Shown here one piece after another: positions 48,528 to 59,021 of a stretch of 64,000 nucleotides of DNA (position 1 is the first letter of the stretch; each line of letters starts with the position of its first letter). Under the pieces are notes generated by a model. The model was given only the letters and a program-made list of their open reading frames with translations, did not search any database and had not been told where the DNA came from. The position numbers and the translations under genes are program-made. The DNA lies in NCBI GenBank assembly GCA_963769935.1, contig CAVYNY010000004.1, positions 1-64,000 on the forward strand, in the 5' to 3' direction. The DNA comes from an uncultured delta proteobacterium (GTDB taxonomy: Bacteria > Desulfobacterota > Desulfobacteria > Desulfobacterales > JAFDCJ01).

Positions 48528-51500
48528 TTAATAGCCGGGTATCAATGTCCTGCCCAGGGTATCGATACAGCCGAATTCGGGGAGATCAAAAAAAATTCCG
48601 TATTCGGGGCCCCGGTCGGGGGATACCCCGCGTATGAATATATAAAAAATACCGCCCAAGTCTTTCTCATAACGGTAATCCGATTTCCGGCGACGCAAAT
48701 GCTGGTGCAGTGCCAGGGTGTAAAGATGGTACTGCAGGGTATAGTATTCCGTTTTCATGGTCTGATGCAATGAAGGTAAATCATAGGAATCGCAGCTCGG
48801 GCCCAAATAATTCGATTTCCAATCCACCAGATAGAAACGTTGCTCATGCTGGAACACCAAATCGATGTACCCCTTCATAAAGCCCCGGGTAGGGGCAAGA
48901 TTGAGTTTTTCAATTTGGGTGGAAAAATCAGTCAGCATCTCATTGCGGCCGTGCGTCCTGAAAGCGTTTGCTAAATTGCGCGATGATAGGGTGTTTAATG
49001 GAAAATAAAATTCCATTTCATTTAACCGGTGCTTCATTCGAACGGAGGATAACTTCAATTGCGGCCTATCCGGCCGCAGCGCAATCGAAAGAACGTTTCG
49101 TAAAATCCGGCAAACGGCCGGCTGCCATTTCTGATCAAAACCGTACTGCTGCAGCTTTGCGGCCACCAGCCGTTCCAGGTCGGCAGGATTTTCGGCCGCA
49201 TAATCGTGATGCTCCAAAATATCATGGAAAAATATTCCGGCCCGGGTACCCTTGGGAAACGAAAAAATAGAATTGTCGTCAGGTCGCTTCTCAATCGCGG
49301 CCTCCTCAGGCGAGACCATCACGTCGGGTGCGGCAGTGTGCACCAGTAGGTCGCGATCCGGCAAATCCGCCCCCGGTGCACCGGTCGATACCAGTGATGA
49401 ATAGCTGGAAATCTTCCATGAATGATCAATTTTACCGCCGAATCGTCGACAGAACAGCGGCGCTTCCATTTCTTTGAGCGGTCTGAATTCCACATCCGGA
49501 ACCGTTGGTGTCGGCAGGGATTCAACCCGGATGCTGTCGTGAGACCGGTCGGCGAGTTTTTTCAAATCCTGCAAGAATTCTGCATCTGTTTTAGCGCTAA
49601 ATTGTTTCCTGACGTATTGGGTTATATCTTCGGCCGGAGATACCGCCGGCGGCTTTTCGCTGCAATGGAGCAAATACGCCAGAGACGAAGTTTCTGCTGT
49701 GTTGATGCGTCCCCAGGCAAGATAGCAGCATTGTTTGGCCCGGGTCAGGGCCACATAAAGCAGTCTTAAATTTTCAGATAGAAATTCATTTTGCGCGAGG
49801 GCCATATAGCGGCTGTTTGATTCTGACCCCAGATCAAGCGTCAACCGCCGGTCATCATCGATATCGTGAAAAGTAAACTCGGGTCCCCGGATCTGAGAGC
49901 CTTCCCATGCGAATGGACAAAATACGACCGGATACTCGAGGCCTTTGCTTTTATGGATCGTGACAATTTTTACGGCTTTCTCGTCGCTTTCAAGTCGCAG
50001 CTGATGTTCTTCAAGACGCGGCGTTCGGGGATCCCGCTGCTCAGCCAACCATTTTAACAGGCCGGTCATGCCGGAATTTGTTTCCGTGAATTGCCGATGG
50101 AGAATTTCAGCCAGGTGCAAGACATTGGTCAGTCTGCGTTCCCCGTCCGGCAGGCATAGGAGGCGCTCCTTAACATGTTCGTCGGCCATGAACTGGCGCA
50201 GCATGCGGATAAACCCATAACGCTTCCAAAGTCGATGATATTCCCTGAACCGTGCCATCCGGCTTTCCCACTGGTGCGATCCGAGATCACCGGAGACCAA
50301 ATCCTCCGCCCGTGTTCCCATGATATCCGTGGCCATAGCCGCTTTAAGCTTTGAAAGGCCGGTCGGATCAACGATTCCGGTCAGAATTTTTTCCAATTCA
50401 CAGGCTTCGCTGGAATCAAAGATATTCCCCGTGCTGTATAGAACCGACGGTACATTTCTGAGGTTTAAAATGTTCTTGATTAGTTGCGCCTGATCATTCG
50501 TACGGACCAATACGGCAATGTCACCGGGTTCAACCGGTGTTGCCTGGGATATCAGTCGACTTATTTCACCGCCGACCGCTTGAGCTATCAGCCGAACGGC
50601 ATCTTCTTTATTGATGGGTTGATCCTCAGCGGAAAACTTTGACGCATCCAGATACCAGAGGATGAACGGCGTCCTGGAAGCCTCAGTGCGGCCGGGAGGT
50701 TTCCCGGCAGGGATACCGCTTTCGAAAGGAATCTCCTCGAAGACAAACGGCAATTTTGAACTGGAAAAAACGGCATTGACGGCGTTGATAAGTCCGGGTT
50801 GGGAACGCCAATTCTCAGTCAGGCTGAATTTGGCGGCAGCATTGCGAGAGGCTTTCATGTAAGAGAAAATATCGGCCCCTCTGAAACTGTAGATAGCCTG
50901 TTTAGGATCGCCGATCGTGAACAGCAGGCTGTTTTTGTGAGCGAATAGCCGGAATAAAATTTCATACTGAATGCTGTCGGTATCCTGAAACTCATCCACC
51001 AGAGCGGCTTTGTATTTGCGGCGAATCGCATCTTCCAGCAGATCTTTGCTTTCCGCGTGAAGCGCATTTCGCAACATCACCAGAAGATCCTCGAAAAATT
51101 GAATATTTTTCTCTTTTTTTCGCTTTTTCAGCTCGCATGCGGCATAGGCAAAAATTTTCGTTTTTAAAAACAAAAAATAGTTTTCCATTTCAGCGGTGAG
51201 ATTTTCGGCCTGCCGGAATACCTGGTCGCAGAGATCAAAAAAATCGTGCTTAGGCGGTGTATGATTCTTTTTGGTCGATTTACTCAGTTTGCTGCTCGTC
51301 AATCTTTCAAATTTTTCAAAAAGAGGAAATCCGATGCTTTTTTGATCAGCCAGACGATCCATGGCCTCCACCAGCGCGATCACGCGCAGGTCTCTTTGAG
51401 TCATCGCAGAATTATCGGAAATTGGCTTCAGACTGCCGTAAATGACGGCGTTTAATCCCGGATCGGTCAGCGCCCGGATAACGGCCTCGCGGGATGGCGG

Positions 51501-52163
51501 CCAGGCTTTTTTTAATGCCGTCAATAAATCGCGAAACGGCTGGACGGCACCCAGCGCAGGTTCACGGATAGCGGGCAAAATTTTTATATCAGGAGTCTTT
51601 GCATAACCCAGCAGCTTGTAGAAATATTCCGATCCCTTGATCTTGTGGAGGGTAAAACCGATTAATTCAACCGGGGCGTGATAAAAGTGCTTACGCCAGA
51701 AATCATCCGCCACTTCCTGGGTTAGCTGAGTCTGATTGGTGATCAGCTCGGTGTCAAATAAGTTATGGGTTTCAAAGGCATTCTCATGCAATACACGCTG
51801 ACAAAATCCGTGGATGGTAAAAATTGCCGCCTTATCAAAATCGATGAGCGTTTCATGGAGTCGCAATCCGGCTGCGGCGGGGTCCGGATATCTTTTGATC
51901 AGGGCCGCGATAAAGGGTTCATCGCTTTCGCCGCGCGCAAAAGCTTCCTTGGTCAGGACCAGCTTGTGGCGGATTCTATCCCTCAATTCTTCGGTAGCCG
52001 CATTGGTAAACGTCAGCACCAGGATCTGATCGACCTGCAATTGCGTTTCCAAGATCAGCCGGATAAACAGGCCTTCAATATTGTAGGTCTTGCCCGTGCC
52101 GGCACCGGCTTCGATCAGATTAATTCCGGCAAGGGGTGCATTGAGCAGATCAAAGGGTTTCAA
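48528..52163 (-). CDS. recB: Exodeoxyribonuclease V beta subunit
   Basis: EAGAGTGKT, TFTNAAT, VDEFQDTD, GDPKQAIYSFRGAD, TIHKSKGLEY, nuclease GYIDLVF...VDWKSN. Confidence 0.97.
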   Translation of the reverse strand: MKPFDLLNAPLAGINLIEAGAGTGKTYNIEGLFIRLILETQLQVDQILVLTFTNAATEELRDRIRHKLVLTKEAFARGESDEPFIAALIKRYPDPAAAGLRLHETLIDFDKAAIFTIHGFCQRVLHENAFETHNLFDTELITNQTQLTQEVADDFWRKHFYHAPVELIGFTLHKIKGSEYFYKLLGYAKTPDIKILPAIREPALGAVQPFRDLLTALKKAWPPSREAVIRALTDPGLNAVIYGSLKPISDNSAMTQRDLRVIALVEAMDRLADQKSIGFPLFEKFERLTSSKLSKSTKKNHTPPKHDFFDLCDQVFRQAENLTAEMENYFLFLKTKIFAYAACELKKRKKEKNIQFFEDLLVMLRNALHAESKDLLEDAIRRKYKAALVDEFQDTDSIQYEILFRLFAHKNSLLFTIGDPKQAIYSFRGADIFSYMKASRNAAAKFSLTENWRSQPGLINAVNAVFSSSKLPFVFEEIPFESGIPAGKPPGRTEASRTPFILWYLDASKFSAEDQPINKEDAVRLIAQAVGGEISRLISQATPVEPGDIAVLVRTNDQAQLIKNILNLRNVPSVLYSTGNIFDSSEACELEKILTGIVDPTGLSKLKAAMATDIMGTRAEDLVSGDLGSHQWESRMARFREYHRLWKRYGFIRMLRQFMADEHVKERLLCLPDGERRLTNVLHLAEILHRQFTETNSGMTGLLKWLAEQRDPRTPRLEEHQLRLESDEKAVKIVTIHKSKGLEYPVVFCPFAWEGSQIRGPEFTFHDIDDDRRLTLDLGSESNSRYMALAQNEFLSENLRLLYVALTRAKQCCYLAWGRINTAETSSLAYLLHCSEKPPAVSPAEDITQYVRKQFSAKTDAEFLQDLKKLADRSHDSIRVESLPTPTVPDVEFRPLKEMEAPLFCRRFGGKIDHSWKISSYSSLVSTGAPGADLPDRDLLVHTAAPDVMVSPEEAAIEKRPDDNSIFSFPKGTRAGIFFHDILEHHDYAAENPADLERLVAAKLQQYGFDQKWQPAVCRILRNVLSIALRPDRPQLKLSSVRMKHRLNEMEFYFPLNTLSSRNLANAFRTHGRNEMLTDFSTQIEKLNLAPTRGFMKGYIDLVFQHEQRFYLVDWKSNYLGPSCDSYDLPSLHQTMKTEYYTLQYHLYTLALHQHLRRRKSDYRYEKDLGGIFYIFIRGVSPDRGPEYGIFFDLPEFGCIDTLGRTLIPGY

Positions 52164-52170
52164 TTAAAAA

Positions 52171-52350
52171 TGTCCGTTGTGTGTGGTCAGTTGTCAGTCG
52201 TGGGTTTACGAAGGAATCACGGGTTACGCGTCACTGCTGACGGGCTGCGTCTTTCAGACAAGCAGCCGGCATCTCAGTACCCAGCACCCATCATCCAGTA
52301 TCGAGCATCCAGTATATCGAGCATCCGGTATCGAGCATCCAGTATCCAGT
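52171..52350. repeat. Two 7-nt periodic tracts (GTCAGTT-like and ATCCAGT/ATCGAGC)
   Basis: GTCCGTTGTGTGTGGTCAGTTGTCAGTCG ... ATCCAGTATCGAGCATCCAGTATATCGAGCATCCGGTATCGAGCATCCAGTATCCAGT. Confidence 0.8.
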
Positions 52351-52354
52351 GGCA

Positions 52355-52615
52355 TCACATCTTGCCGTTTAGCCGGTAAATAAACGCCAGCACCTCGGCC
52401 ACAGCCCGATACAATTCCGGCGGGATTTCGGTTTCCAGGTCAAGGGCTTCCAGAATTTGAGCCAGGTTTTTATCTTCGTAAAGAGGTATATTATTTGCTT
52501 TAGCGATTGCAACGATTTTTTCGGCAACCTCTCCGCGACCCTTGGCAATGACCTTCGGCGCCCGGTCTTTTTTTCCATCGTATTTCAGCGCAACTGCTTT
52601 GGGAGATTTATCCAT
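52355..52615 (-). CDS. FlhB C-terminal-like protein (EscU/YscU/HrcU family, stand-alone)
   Basis: AVALKY...APKVIAKGRG..AEKI...EIPPELYRAVAEVLAFIY. Confidence 0.92.
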   Translation of the reverse strand: MDKSPKAVALKYDGKKDRAPKVIAKGRGEVAEKIVAIAKANNIPLYEDKNLAQILEALDLETEIPPELYRAVAEVLAFIYRLNGKM

Positions 52616-52617
52616 GA

Positions 52618-53787
52618 TTAAATCCGTAAATCGACCCGCCTGTCGCCGGCAATCTGAATATCTTCATGATCGAAATCCCTTATTTTTTTTTGGGAAACCA
52701 TGACCCGCAAAAAAAGCTGGTCGAAAAATGGAGCCAGCAATTCCTGCAATTCAGAGTATTGTTCCTGGAGTTTGGTTTTTATCGGCCGGTCTTTGACATA
52801 AAAGGTCACAGTCAAATCTCTTCCCAATAGGTAAAAATCCGCGCGTAAATCACCCAATCGATCCATCGACAGCAGCAGGGATATTTGAACCCCTTCTCTT
52901 TTGCCTGCCTTCGGCTTCTTTTGAAAATAAATCTTTAACCTGGCTGCATGGGTATCATCTTTCAACGGCAGGGCGTAACTGAAGACTTGGAAGGGTGCCT
53001 CCGTAGCCAGTTGTTTAACCGCCCTGCCCTGTTGCTCGTCAATGTCGGTCAGCAAGGCATCCACCGCATGGCGCAGGGTTGAGACCGCCTTGGCGTCCAG
53101 GGCCTTTGCCAGAGACATTTCATCCTCAGCAAAATCTTTTAACAATATAAGGTTGGCTTTCAGATCGTGGGCCGCAAGCGTTTCCGGATCGGGAAAGCCG
53201 GTCATTGGCTGGTCTGTTCCCGGTTCAGCGTTGTCGGACAATTTTAAGATGACGGTTTCAAGAAACTTTTCAAAGAACAGGCCCGAACTTTCCAGATATG
53301 CCTTGAGGCGTGGAACGATATCGGCGACATTTTCTTTTAAATCGAAAGATTCAAAACGGGCATTTAAGGCGGCCAAAAGATTGAGAATCGGCATTGGCAT
53401 TTTGGGGGCATTTTGAGGCGCCAGCGCCTGATTTAGAATCGGCTTCAAGCCGTTTAGAATGTCTTTAAAGCCTTGCGCGGCCGGATATTGCGCAGACCGG
53501 GGCATTGAAGCTGTCGGGAGCGTCTTGATTTGTTCCGGACTGAGCAGATTCAGTTTGAGCTGCCGGCCGCATTCCTGTACCCGGACGAGCAGTTCTTCAC
53601 CTAACGTCACCGGGATTTTCACATCTGCGGTAGTCCTGAAATTGCCGAAATCAATCAGCGCCCGGTCACCTCTCAGCTCCAGGACTTTTATCCTCAGGAT
53701 ACTGCCGGGGTTGAACATATCCGTGTTCAATACCGCTTGATACACCTCGGGCTTTATAGAAACCGTTATCTGGGGCGATATCTCCAT
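52618..53787 (-). CDS. FliK-like (hook-length control C-terminal domain) protein
   Basis: SGLFFE and DLKA.L motifs; C-terminal LSMDRLGDL...L.VTF...VDLRI; sits directly upstream of the FlhB-C gene. Confidence 0.72.
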   Translation of the reverse strand: MEISPQITVSIKPEVYQAVLNTDMFNPGSILRIKVLELRGDRALIDFGNFRTTADVKIPVTLGEELLVRVQECGRQLKLNLLSPEQIKTLPTASMPRSAQYPAAQGFKDILNGLKPILNQALAPQNAPKMPMPILNLLAALNARFESFDLKENVADIVPRLKAYLESSGLFFEKFLETVILKLSDNAEPGTDQPMTGFPDPETLAAHDLKANLILLKDFAEDEMSLAKALDAKAVSTLRHAVDALLTDIDEQQGRAVKQLATEAPFQVFSYALPLKDDTHAARLKIYFQKKPKAGKREGVQISLLLSMDRLGDLRADFYLLGRDLTVTFYVKDRPIKTKLQEQYSELQELLAPFFDQLFLRVMVSQKKIRDFDHEDIQIAGDRRVDLRI

Positions 53788-53885
53788 GATACGAACTGAA
53801 CAGTGAAGATTGAATATTGGGGGGAATTCTATCGTTTATTAGGCAATAAAACGACAGGCGTCCATAAACAGTCAATTTCCATTCT

Positions 53886-54278
53886 TCAATCAGCCTCTTT
53901 ATCCTTTGTATAATAAACGCCGGGTATCCAGCTTTTGTGAATTTTAGCCGTCTGTTCCGGGTCGGCTTTGGTTTCGTCGATAAATTTGAAATTTACCCAT
54001 CCGATCCGGATGACATCGTCATGCTGTAATTTCTGGTGTGTCACCGCCCGGTTGTTCACCCGGGTTCCGTTCGTACTTCCCATGTCCCTGATGTAATATT
54101 CAAATTCGGTCCCGGAATCCGGGCTTTCCAATTTTTCGATGACGGCGTGGGCGGTGCTTACCACGGCATCGTCAATAAAAATATCGCATTGCGAACTGCG
54201 GCCGATGCTCAACTCTGGTTTGTCTATCGGACATTTGTTGATTGCCACCCCGTCATGCAGCTGTACGATTAGTGCCAT
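53886..54278 (-). CDS. FHA domain protein
   Basis: IGRS...VSTAHA...DMGSTNGT.VN...LQHDDVIRIG. Confidence 0.93.
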   Translation of the reverse strand: MALIVQLHDGVAINKCPIDKPELSIGRSSQCDIFIDDAVVSTAHAVIEKLESPDSGTEFEYYIRDMGSTNGTRVNNRAVTHQKLQHDDVIRIGWVNFKFIDETKADPEQTAKIHKSWIPGVYYTKDKEAD

Positions 54279-54434
54279 GCGCTTTCTCCTTATATGTTAG
54301 GGGCCTGGCCCCCATTCCAGGATTGATGCAATTGCTCATGCCTCATAGATATCCTTTTCATTCAACAATGGTTTCGGTCATTAAGGCAATTGGGTTTAGG
54401 ATTTGTTGAGGGAAATATGCAATTTGCCAAGCCC

Positions 54435-57400
54435 CTACAATTTAATCTCCCTGCTGTACGTGAACATCGGCTCGAATACCTGCAAGGCGATTTCCTGAAA
54501 ATTCTCGTCGATGGGGTCCAACCGGCGAAAACAAAGATCGAAAAAAGGATCGGCGGATTCACCTGCGGCGTATTTCGCAAAATCGCTGCCAAGCCATTTC
54601 TTTCTGGCTCTGGATAAGGCGCACGCCTCAGGTGCGGTTTTTTTCAGCAATTGCTCGGCATATTCATAGGAAGACCTCGGGAAAAAATGAATCGGTTCCT
54701 CCAATCCCCGCCGAAACAGGGTGAGAAGCGCTTCCAGAATCGGCAGGCTGCCGGCGACCGGTTCAAACCGAATTGCTGAATCCTTGCAAATTAAAAAGCT
54801 GTTTTTATTGTAATGCGATGGTGCCGTTAGACCATAGGCAAGATGATACACCCACGCCTTCAGGAGGTCGTTGACTCTACGCCGGGCATAACGGATGTGA
54901 ACATAGCCATGGTCGGATATTGACGCCAGGCGTCCGCTGAGATGAAAGCCGGCTGCGGTAAGGTCAACTTCGATCGGCGCCGCTGACATGGTAGTGGAGA
55001 ACTTCTCAATTTGGCGGATAAAAGTTTGCACGTCCAGGCTTATTTCAGCATAATGATACTCGCCGACGTTGCCATGGGGCAGCTGACCGATTGCTTTTTG
55101 GATAGGTTTGAAATCTTCCGGATTGCCGCCTGCAAGCATAGATTTTACCAGATTTTGTTCCACCAGATATCTGTCCAGCGCCTGAAGGTCGAAGATTTCG
55201 CGTTCGTCGGACAGATAGGTTTCATCCGGCAGCTGGATTCCCAAGCGCCGTTGAATTAAAAACATGGCCGGATTGCTGAAAAACAGATGTACGGCGTCAA
55301 GCTCAAGATGATGCCATTCTTCAGCTTCTTCCGGCGTGAACGGAAGCTTTTCAGCGAAGAAAGGCGGCAGCGCTTTTTTTTCATGGGCGCCGGCCGCAGC
55401 GACCATATTTCCGGCGGAATAGCTGAACAGCCCGGTGCCTTCACGAAAATACCATTCAGAAAACGGCTGCAGTCGATGGAAAGTAACGATATGTTCAAGC
55501 ACATTGCCATCGCGCGCGGCAAAGCTGGTTTCGATCGTGTCCAGCAATTCACTGACCAGCACGGATGGCGGAATCCGGGCGTTATCCTGAATACTCTGCC
55601 CCACGTAACTGATATAAAATTTTTGGCGGGCTGAAATAATAGATTCGAGGAAAAGGTACTTATCGTCGTTGCGGCGGGATCGGTCGCCGATTTTGGGAAA
55701 GCGGGCCATCAAATCGAAATTCAGCGGCTGATAATCTCTTGGGAAGGCGTCATCGTTCAAGCCGATCAGACAAATGACCTTAAATGGAATGCTGCGCATC
55801 GGCAGCATGGCACAAAAAGTGACACCGCCCGAGAGAAAACCCGTCCCGTAAGCATTTTGTTCCAAAAGCGATTTCAGATACGCGCGGATGACTTCCAGTT
55901 TAACGGGGGTGTCAAAGCTCGCCTGAGCTTCTTTGTCGCGCAAATCATTCAGCGTATGACGCAGCAGCTGAAGTTCTCGTTCAGCGGTTTCATCCGGTCT
56001 AAAAAATTGCTCCAGCAGGTCGACCAGGACCTCGTGCCATTCGCATAACTTTCTGGGCAATCCCAGGGTGCGCGCCCAGGCAAAGAGCCGGTCGGTGAAT
56101 TCTAAAAAACGGCCCAGAATCTGTGCGCCGCCGCCCTCGATGTTGTCATAGGGTACAATTCCGTGAAACATGGTCTTGTTCTCACCCGGCATGGCGTATC
56201 CCAGGATGAGTCTTTCCAGGCCGGCCCGCCAGGTGTTTTCCGCAAAGCCCGGCAAGCCGGCTTCAAGTCGGCTGTTTTCATCAATACCCCAGCGAATGTG
56301 GGTGTCTGTGATCCAGTGTTCGATGATTTTAAGATCAGAATCTGCCAGGTCGAATCTTTCTTTGATACCGGGAAACTCAAGCAACCCGGCGACCTGGCCG
56401 GCGCCGAATCGGCTCCCGGCAAGTTCAAGTAAGGCCAGAAAGCCATCAATCATCCGGCTTGCGCGGCGGGGGCTTTGATCCGCGATACTGAAGGGGATGC
56501 GCAGAGCCTCTTCGGTTTGGCCCGCAAACACCGCCTGCACATACGGTGCATAGGTTTCAATATCCGGTGTCATTACGATGATGTCTTTCGGCAGTAAATC
56601 CGGGTCTTCTTCAAACATGGCCAGCAGATTGTCGTGCAGCACCTCGATTTCCCGCATGGGACTGTGACAGGAATGAACCTGAACGGAAGTATCCGCTTTT
56701 GACACATAATCGCACCCGGTTGACATCTCCCCAGACTGATCCGCACCTGACGGCAAGGCGCTCGCAACAGAATCGGGTTTCTGCCTGTCCCTCAGATTTA
56801 AAATATCCGACTGGAGACAGGCGAGCAGGGACTGCTCCCCCGGCTCCAGGAAATGTTCCGCAATTTCGCATTCAAAATCGGTGATCAATTCAAAAAAATC
56901 ACGCCCCAGCGTTCCCATGGAAGCCAGAAGTTGATTGCCCTTTTCGAAATGGTACCATGCGAGGTTTTCAGCTACCTGGGGATGTTTCCGGCGAATTTTC
57001 TTTATCTCACGATCCGATACAATATCCGCCCAATATTCCCGGCAGGGATCGATTAGAAAAAAGTTGATATCGATGACCCTGGACAACTCGGCGAAAGCCT
57101 GGAGGTGAAAAAGGGGCAGATAGGAAATACCAAATATCGAAACCCGGGCAGGCAGGTCGATGCGGTCATGACCCGGATGCCGCATTTTCTCAAGCAGCAT
57201 TTTTCGCAAATGGGCGCGGTGTCGGCGCTCGGGATCGGCGGTAAGCTCCCGCCAGAGCCTGGCCTGCCATTCCTGCGGCTGCTTTTTTTCTTCCTTCCCC
57301 TGCTCCCACTGCAGAATTAATTCAGGGCGAAAGACAAGGTACTGGTCAAATAAATCGGCGATTTTGCCTGAAAGCTGAAACAGCTTGAGCTGATTGTCGT

Positions 57401-57755
57401 CGTCTGCAAGATAGGTCTTTAAGCTGTCAAATTGCTTTTGTTCAAGACAGCCCGGAATGATCCCCATGAGCCGAAATGTCATAACGTCCGGGTCAAACGG
57501 TGAAATATCCGGCAAATCCGGCATTATGCTCTTAAAGATTTCTTCCAGGAAGGCATTGGGGAACGGAAATGAACAGTTTGCGCTGACGCCGTTGTGTTCG
57601 GCAAGCGCCATGGATATCCAGCGCTCCATGCCCCGGCTTTGCACGAGGATTATTTCGGAAGCCAGGGTTGACGGCAAAGGGTTCCGGATAATCCGTGCCA
57701 GCTGTTCGGCCAGAATTTCCATGCGGTTGCTGGTATGTATGAATAAACCCGGCAT
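54435..57755 (-). CDS. recC: Exodeoxyribonuclease V gamma subunit
   Basis: SNRME.L, VQSRGMERW, LFDQY..FRP, HSPMREIEVL, PMRSIPF, GDRSRR.DD.YLFLE. Confidence 0.96.
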   Translation of the reverse strand: MPGLFIHTSNRMEILAEQLARIIRNPLPSTLASEIILVQSRGMERWISMALAEHNGVSANCSFPFPNAFLEEIFKSIMPDLPDISPFDPDVMTFRLMGIIPGCLEQKQFDSLKTYLADDDNQLKLFQLSGKIADLFDQYLVFRPELILQWEQGKEEKKQPQEWQARLWRELTADPERRHRAHLRKMLLEKMRHPGHDRIDLPARVSIFGISYLPLFHLQAFAELSRVIDINFFLIDPCREYWADIVSDREIKKIRRKHPQVAENLAWYHFEKGNQLLASMGTLGRDFFELITDFECEIAEHFLEPGEQSLLACLQSDILNLRDRQKPDSVASALPSGADQSGEMSTGCDYVSKADTSVQVHSCHSPMREIEVLHDNLLAMFEEDPDLLPKDIIVMTPDIETYAPYVQAVFAGQTEEALRIPFSIADQSPRRASRMIDGFLALLELAGSRFGAGQVAGLLEFPGIKERFDLADSDLKIIEHWITDTHIRWGIDENSRLEAGLPGFAENTWRAGLERLILGYAMPGENKTMFHGIVPYDNIEGGGAQILGRFLEFTDRLFAWARTLGLPRKLCEWHEVLVDLLEQFFRPDETAERELQLLRHTLNDLRDKEAQASFDTPVKLEVIRAYLKSLLEQNAYGTGFLSGGVTFCAMLPMRSIPFKVICLIGLNDDAFPRDYQPLNFDLMARFPKIGDRSRRNDDKYLFLESIISARQKFYISYVGQSIQDNARIPPSVLVSELLDTIETSFAARDGNVLEHIVTFHRLQPFSEWYFREGTGLFSYSAGNMVAAAGAHEKKALPPFFAEKLPFTPEEAEEWHHLELDAVHLFFSNPAMFLIQRRLGIQLPDETYLSDEREIFDLQALDRYLVEQNLVKSMLAGGNPEDFKPIQKAIGQLPHGNVGEYHYAEISLDVQTFIRQIEKFSTTMSAAPIEVDLTAAGFHLSGRLASISDHGYVHIRYARRRVNDLLKAWVYHLAYGLTAPSHYNKNSFLICKDSAIRFEPVAGSLPILEALLTLFRRGLEEPIHFFPRSSYEYAEQLLKKTAPEACALSRARKKWLGSDFAKYAAGESADPFFDLCFRRLDPIDENFQEIALQVFEPMFTYSREIKL

Positions 57756-57764
57756 AGAATAATT

Positions 57765-57804
57765 GAACTGGAATAATGGAATTGTGGAATGATGGAAAGG
57801 TGGA
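57765..57804. repeat. 8-nt periodic tract TGGAAT(NN)
   Basis: CTGGAATAATGGAATTGTGGAATGATGGAAAGGTGGA. Confidence 0.7.
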
Positions 57805-57961
57805 TTTTTATCGCACCTTGTTGAAAAATATCACAATCCAAAAGATAAACCAATCATGGAACAACAAAATTGAAGAAAATGTTTTGCAGAGTGATTTTAT
57901 TCTGTAAATTTATATGCTTGTCAACTAAATACAATAAGGTCATCATTCAAGGTTCGGTGAT

Positions 57962-58792
57962 TCAATCCTGTGAATTCTCCTTTTTACAGAATTTTTCCAG
58001 AAAATTTAAGGAAGTTTGCAGATGTTCGAAATTAAAGACCTCTAGGGACACGGTTCCATTAAATTTTTTCAAAATTTCAAGAACCGGTTGATGTCGACTT
58101 TCCGGCAACCGGTCCAAAGACAGGTGGTCTTTACCGTGTTGCACTCCGTGCAGGTGGATGATGGCAACGCGCCCGGCAAACATATTGAAAAACGCTTGAA
58201 TGTCGTCGCCTCTCATGATCAGGTGGCCGATATCCATGCATATGAACAGTTTCAGGTCTTTGATGATATTTTCCATAATGGTAAATGGATAATTGAGGGA
58301 CTCGATCGCAAGCCTTTCGGCCGGGACACCGGATTTCAGCATTTCCGCAAGATTGCGGTAAACTATATCCTGCCATTTTCTGACAGACTCATCTCCAAAT
58401 GCATCGACTGGAAAGGGTACGTGGAGCGTGCAATTGGAGGGAGAAAGTCGCTCAACCCGCGTGATGATATTCAACAGCTTGGCAACAGCCTGCTTGCGCC
58501 TGGCTGGATTCGGATCACTGATGGCGATATCCGTCGGTAAATGAACGTTATAGGTCAAGTTAAATTCGCGTGACAGGTGCCGCAGATCGGCAATCACGGT
58601 TTTGGAGAGCAGTGCTGTGCTCGGTCCACTTTCAAACAGCAGCAATTCGATTTCATCCACAAACGGTCCCAGCATCCTGACATTGGGAACGTAAAGATCC
58701 GGATAAATAAAGGAAGTGGTGCCGATTTTGAAGGGATAGAAATCCTTGTATGATTTAGTTAAAAAAGGATAGGTATATAATTGATTTAACAT
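57962..58792 (-). CDS. cbiR: Cobamide-remodelling phosphodiesterase CbiR-like (AP-endonuclease-2 TIM barrel)
   Basis: GTTSFIYP, EIELLLFE, NVHLP, CMDIGHL, IHLHG, DH.SL, LEVF metal-binding pattern; last gene of the cob operon. Confidence 0.75.
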   Translation of the reverse strand: MLNQLYTYPFLTKSYKDFYPFKIGTTSFIYPDLYVPNVRMLGPFVDEIELLLFESGPSTALLSKTVIADLRHLSREFNLTYNVHLPTDIAISDPNPARRKQAVAKLLNIITRVERLSPSNCTLHVPFPVDAFGDESVRKWQDIVYRNLAEMLKSGVPAERLAIESLNYPFTIMENIIKDLKLFICMDIGHLIMRGDDIQAFFNMFAGRVAIIHLHGVQHGKDHLSLDRLPESRHQPVLEILKKFNGTVSLEVFNFEHLQTSLNFLEKFCKKENSQD

Positions 58793-59021
58793 ATTTAATT
58801 TTTTTAGAGTTTCCTTTGAAGCCCGGTTTGTAATTTGGAATTTTGGTCATTGTAATTTGTTTGAGCCCGCCCTGGTGCGACTTGCTTGGGTTACACCTTT
58901 GTTCTGCTCTGGCATGGGCGTGAATGCAGTAAATACTTCAGGCGTCAAATCGGTCTGGGCCAGGGATTTGTTATTTGAAATTTGTGATTTCGATGGACGC
59001 CAGCTCTACGCCGTGGGTTCC

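Noticed and set aside
58795..59021. Cobalamin riboswitch upstream of cbiR, or a group II intron start (GTGCG)
   Set aside because: No B12-box/GGGAA...GCCACTG pattern on the minus strand; no intron domain V or reverse transcriptase gene.
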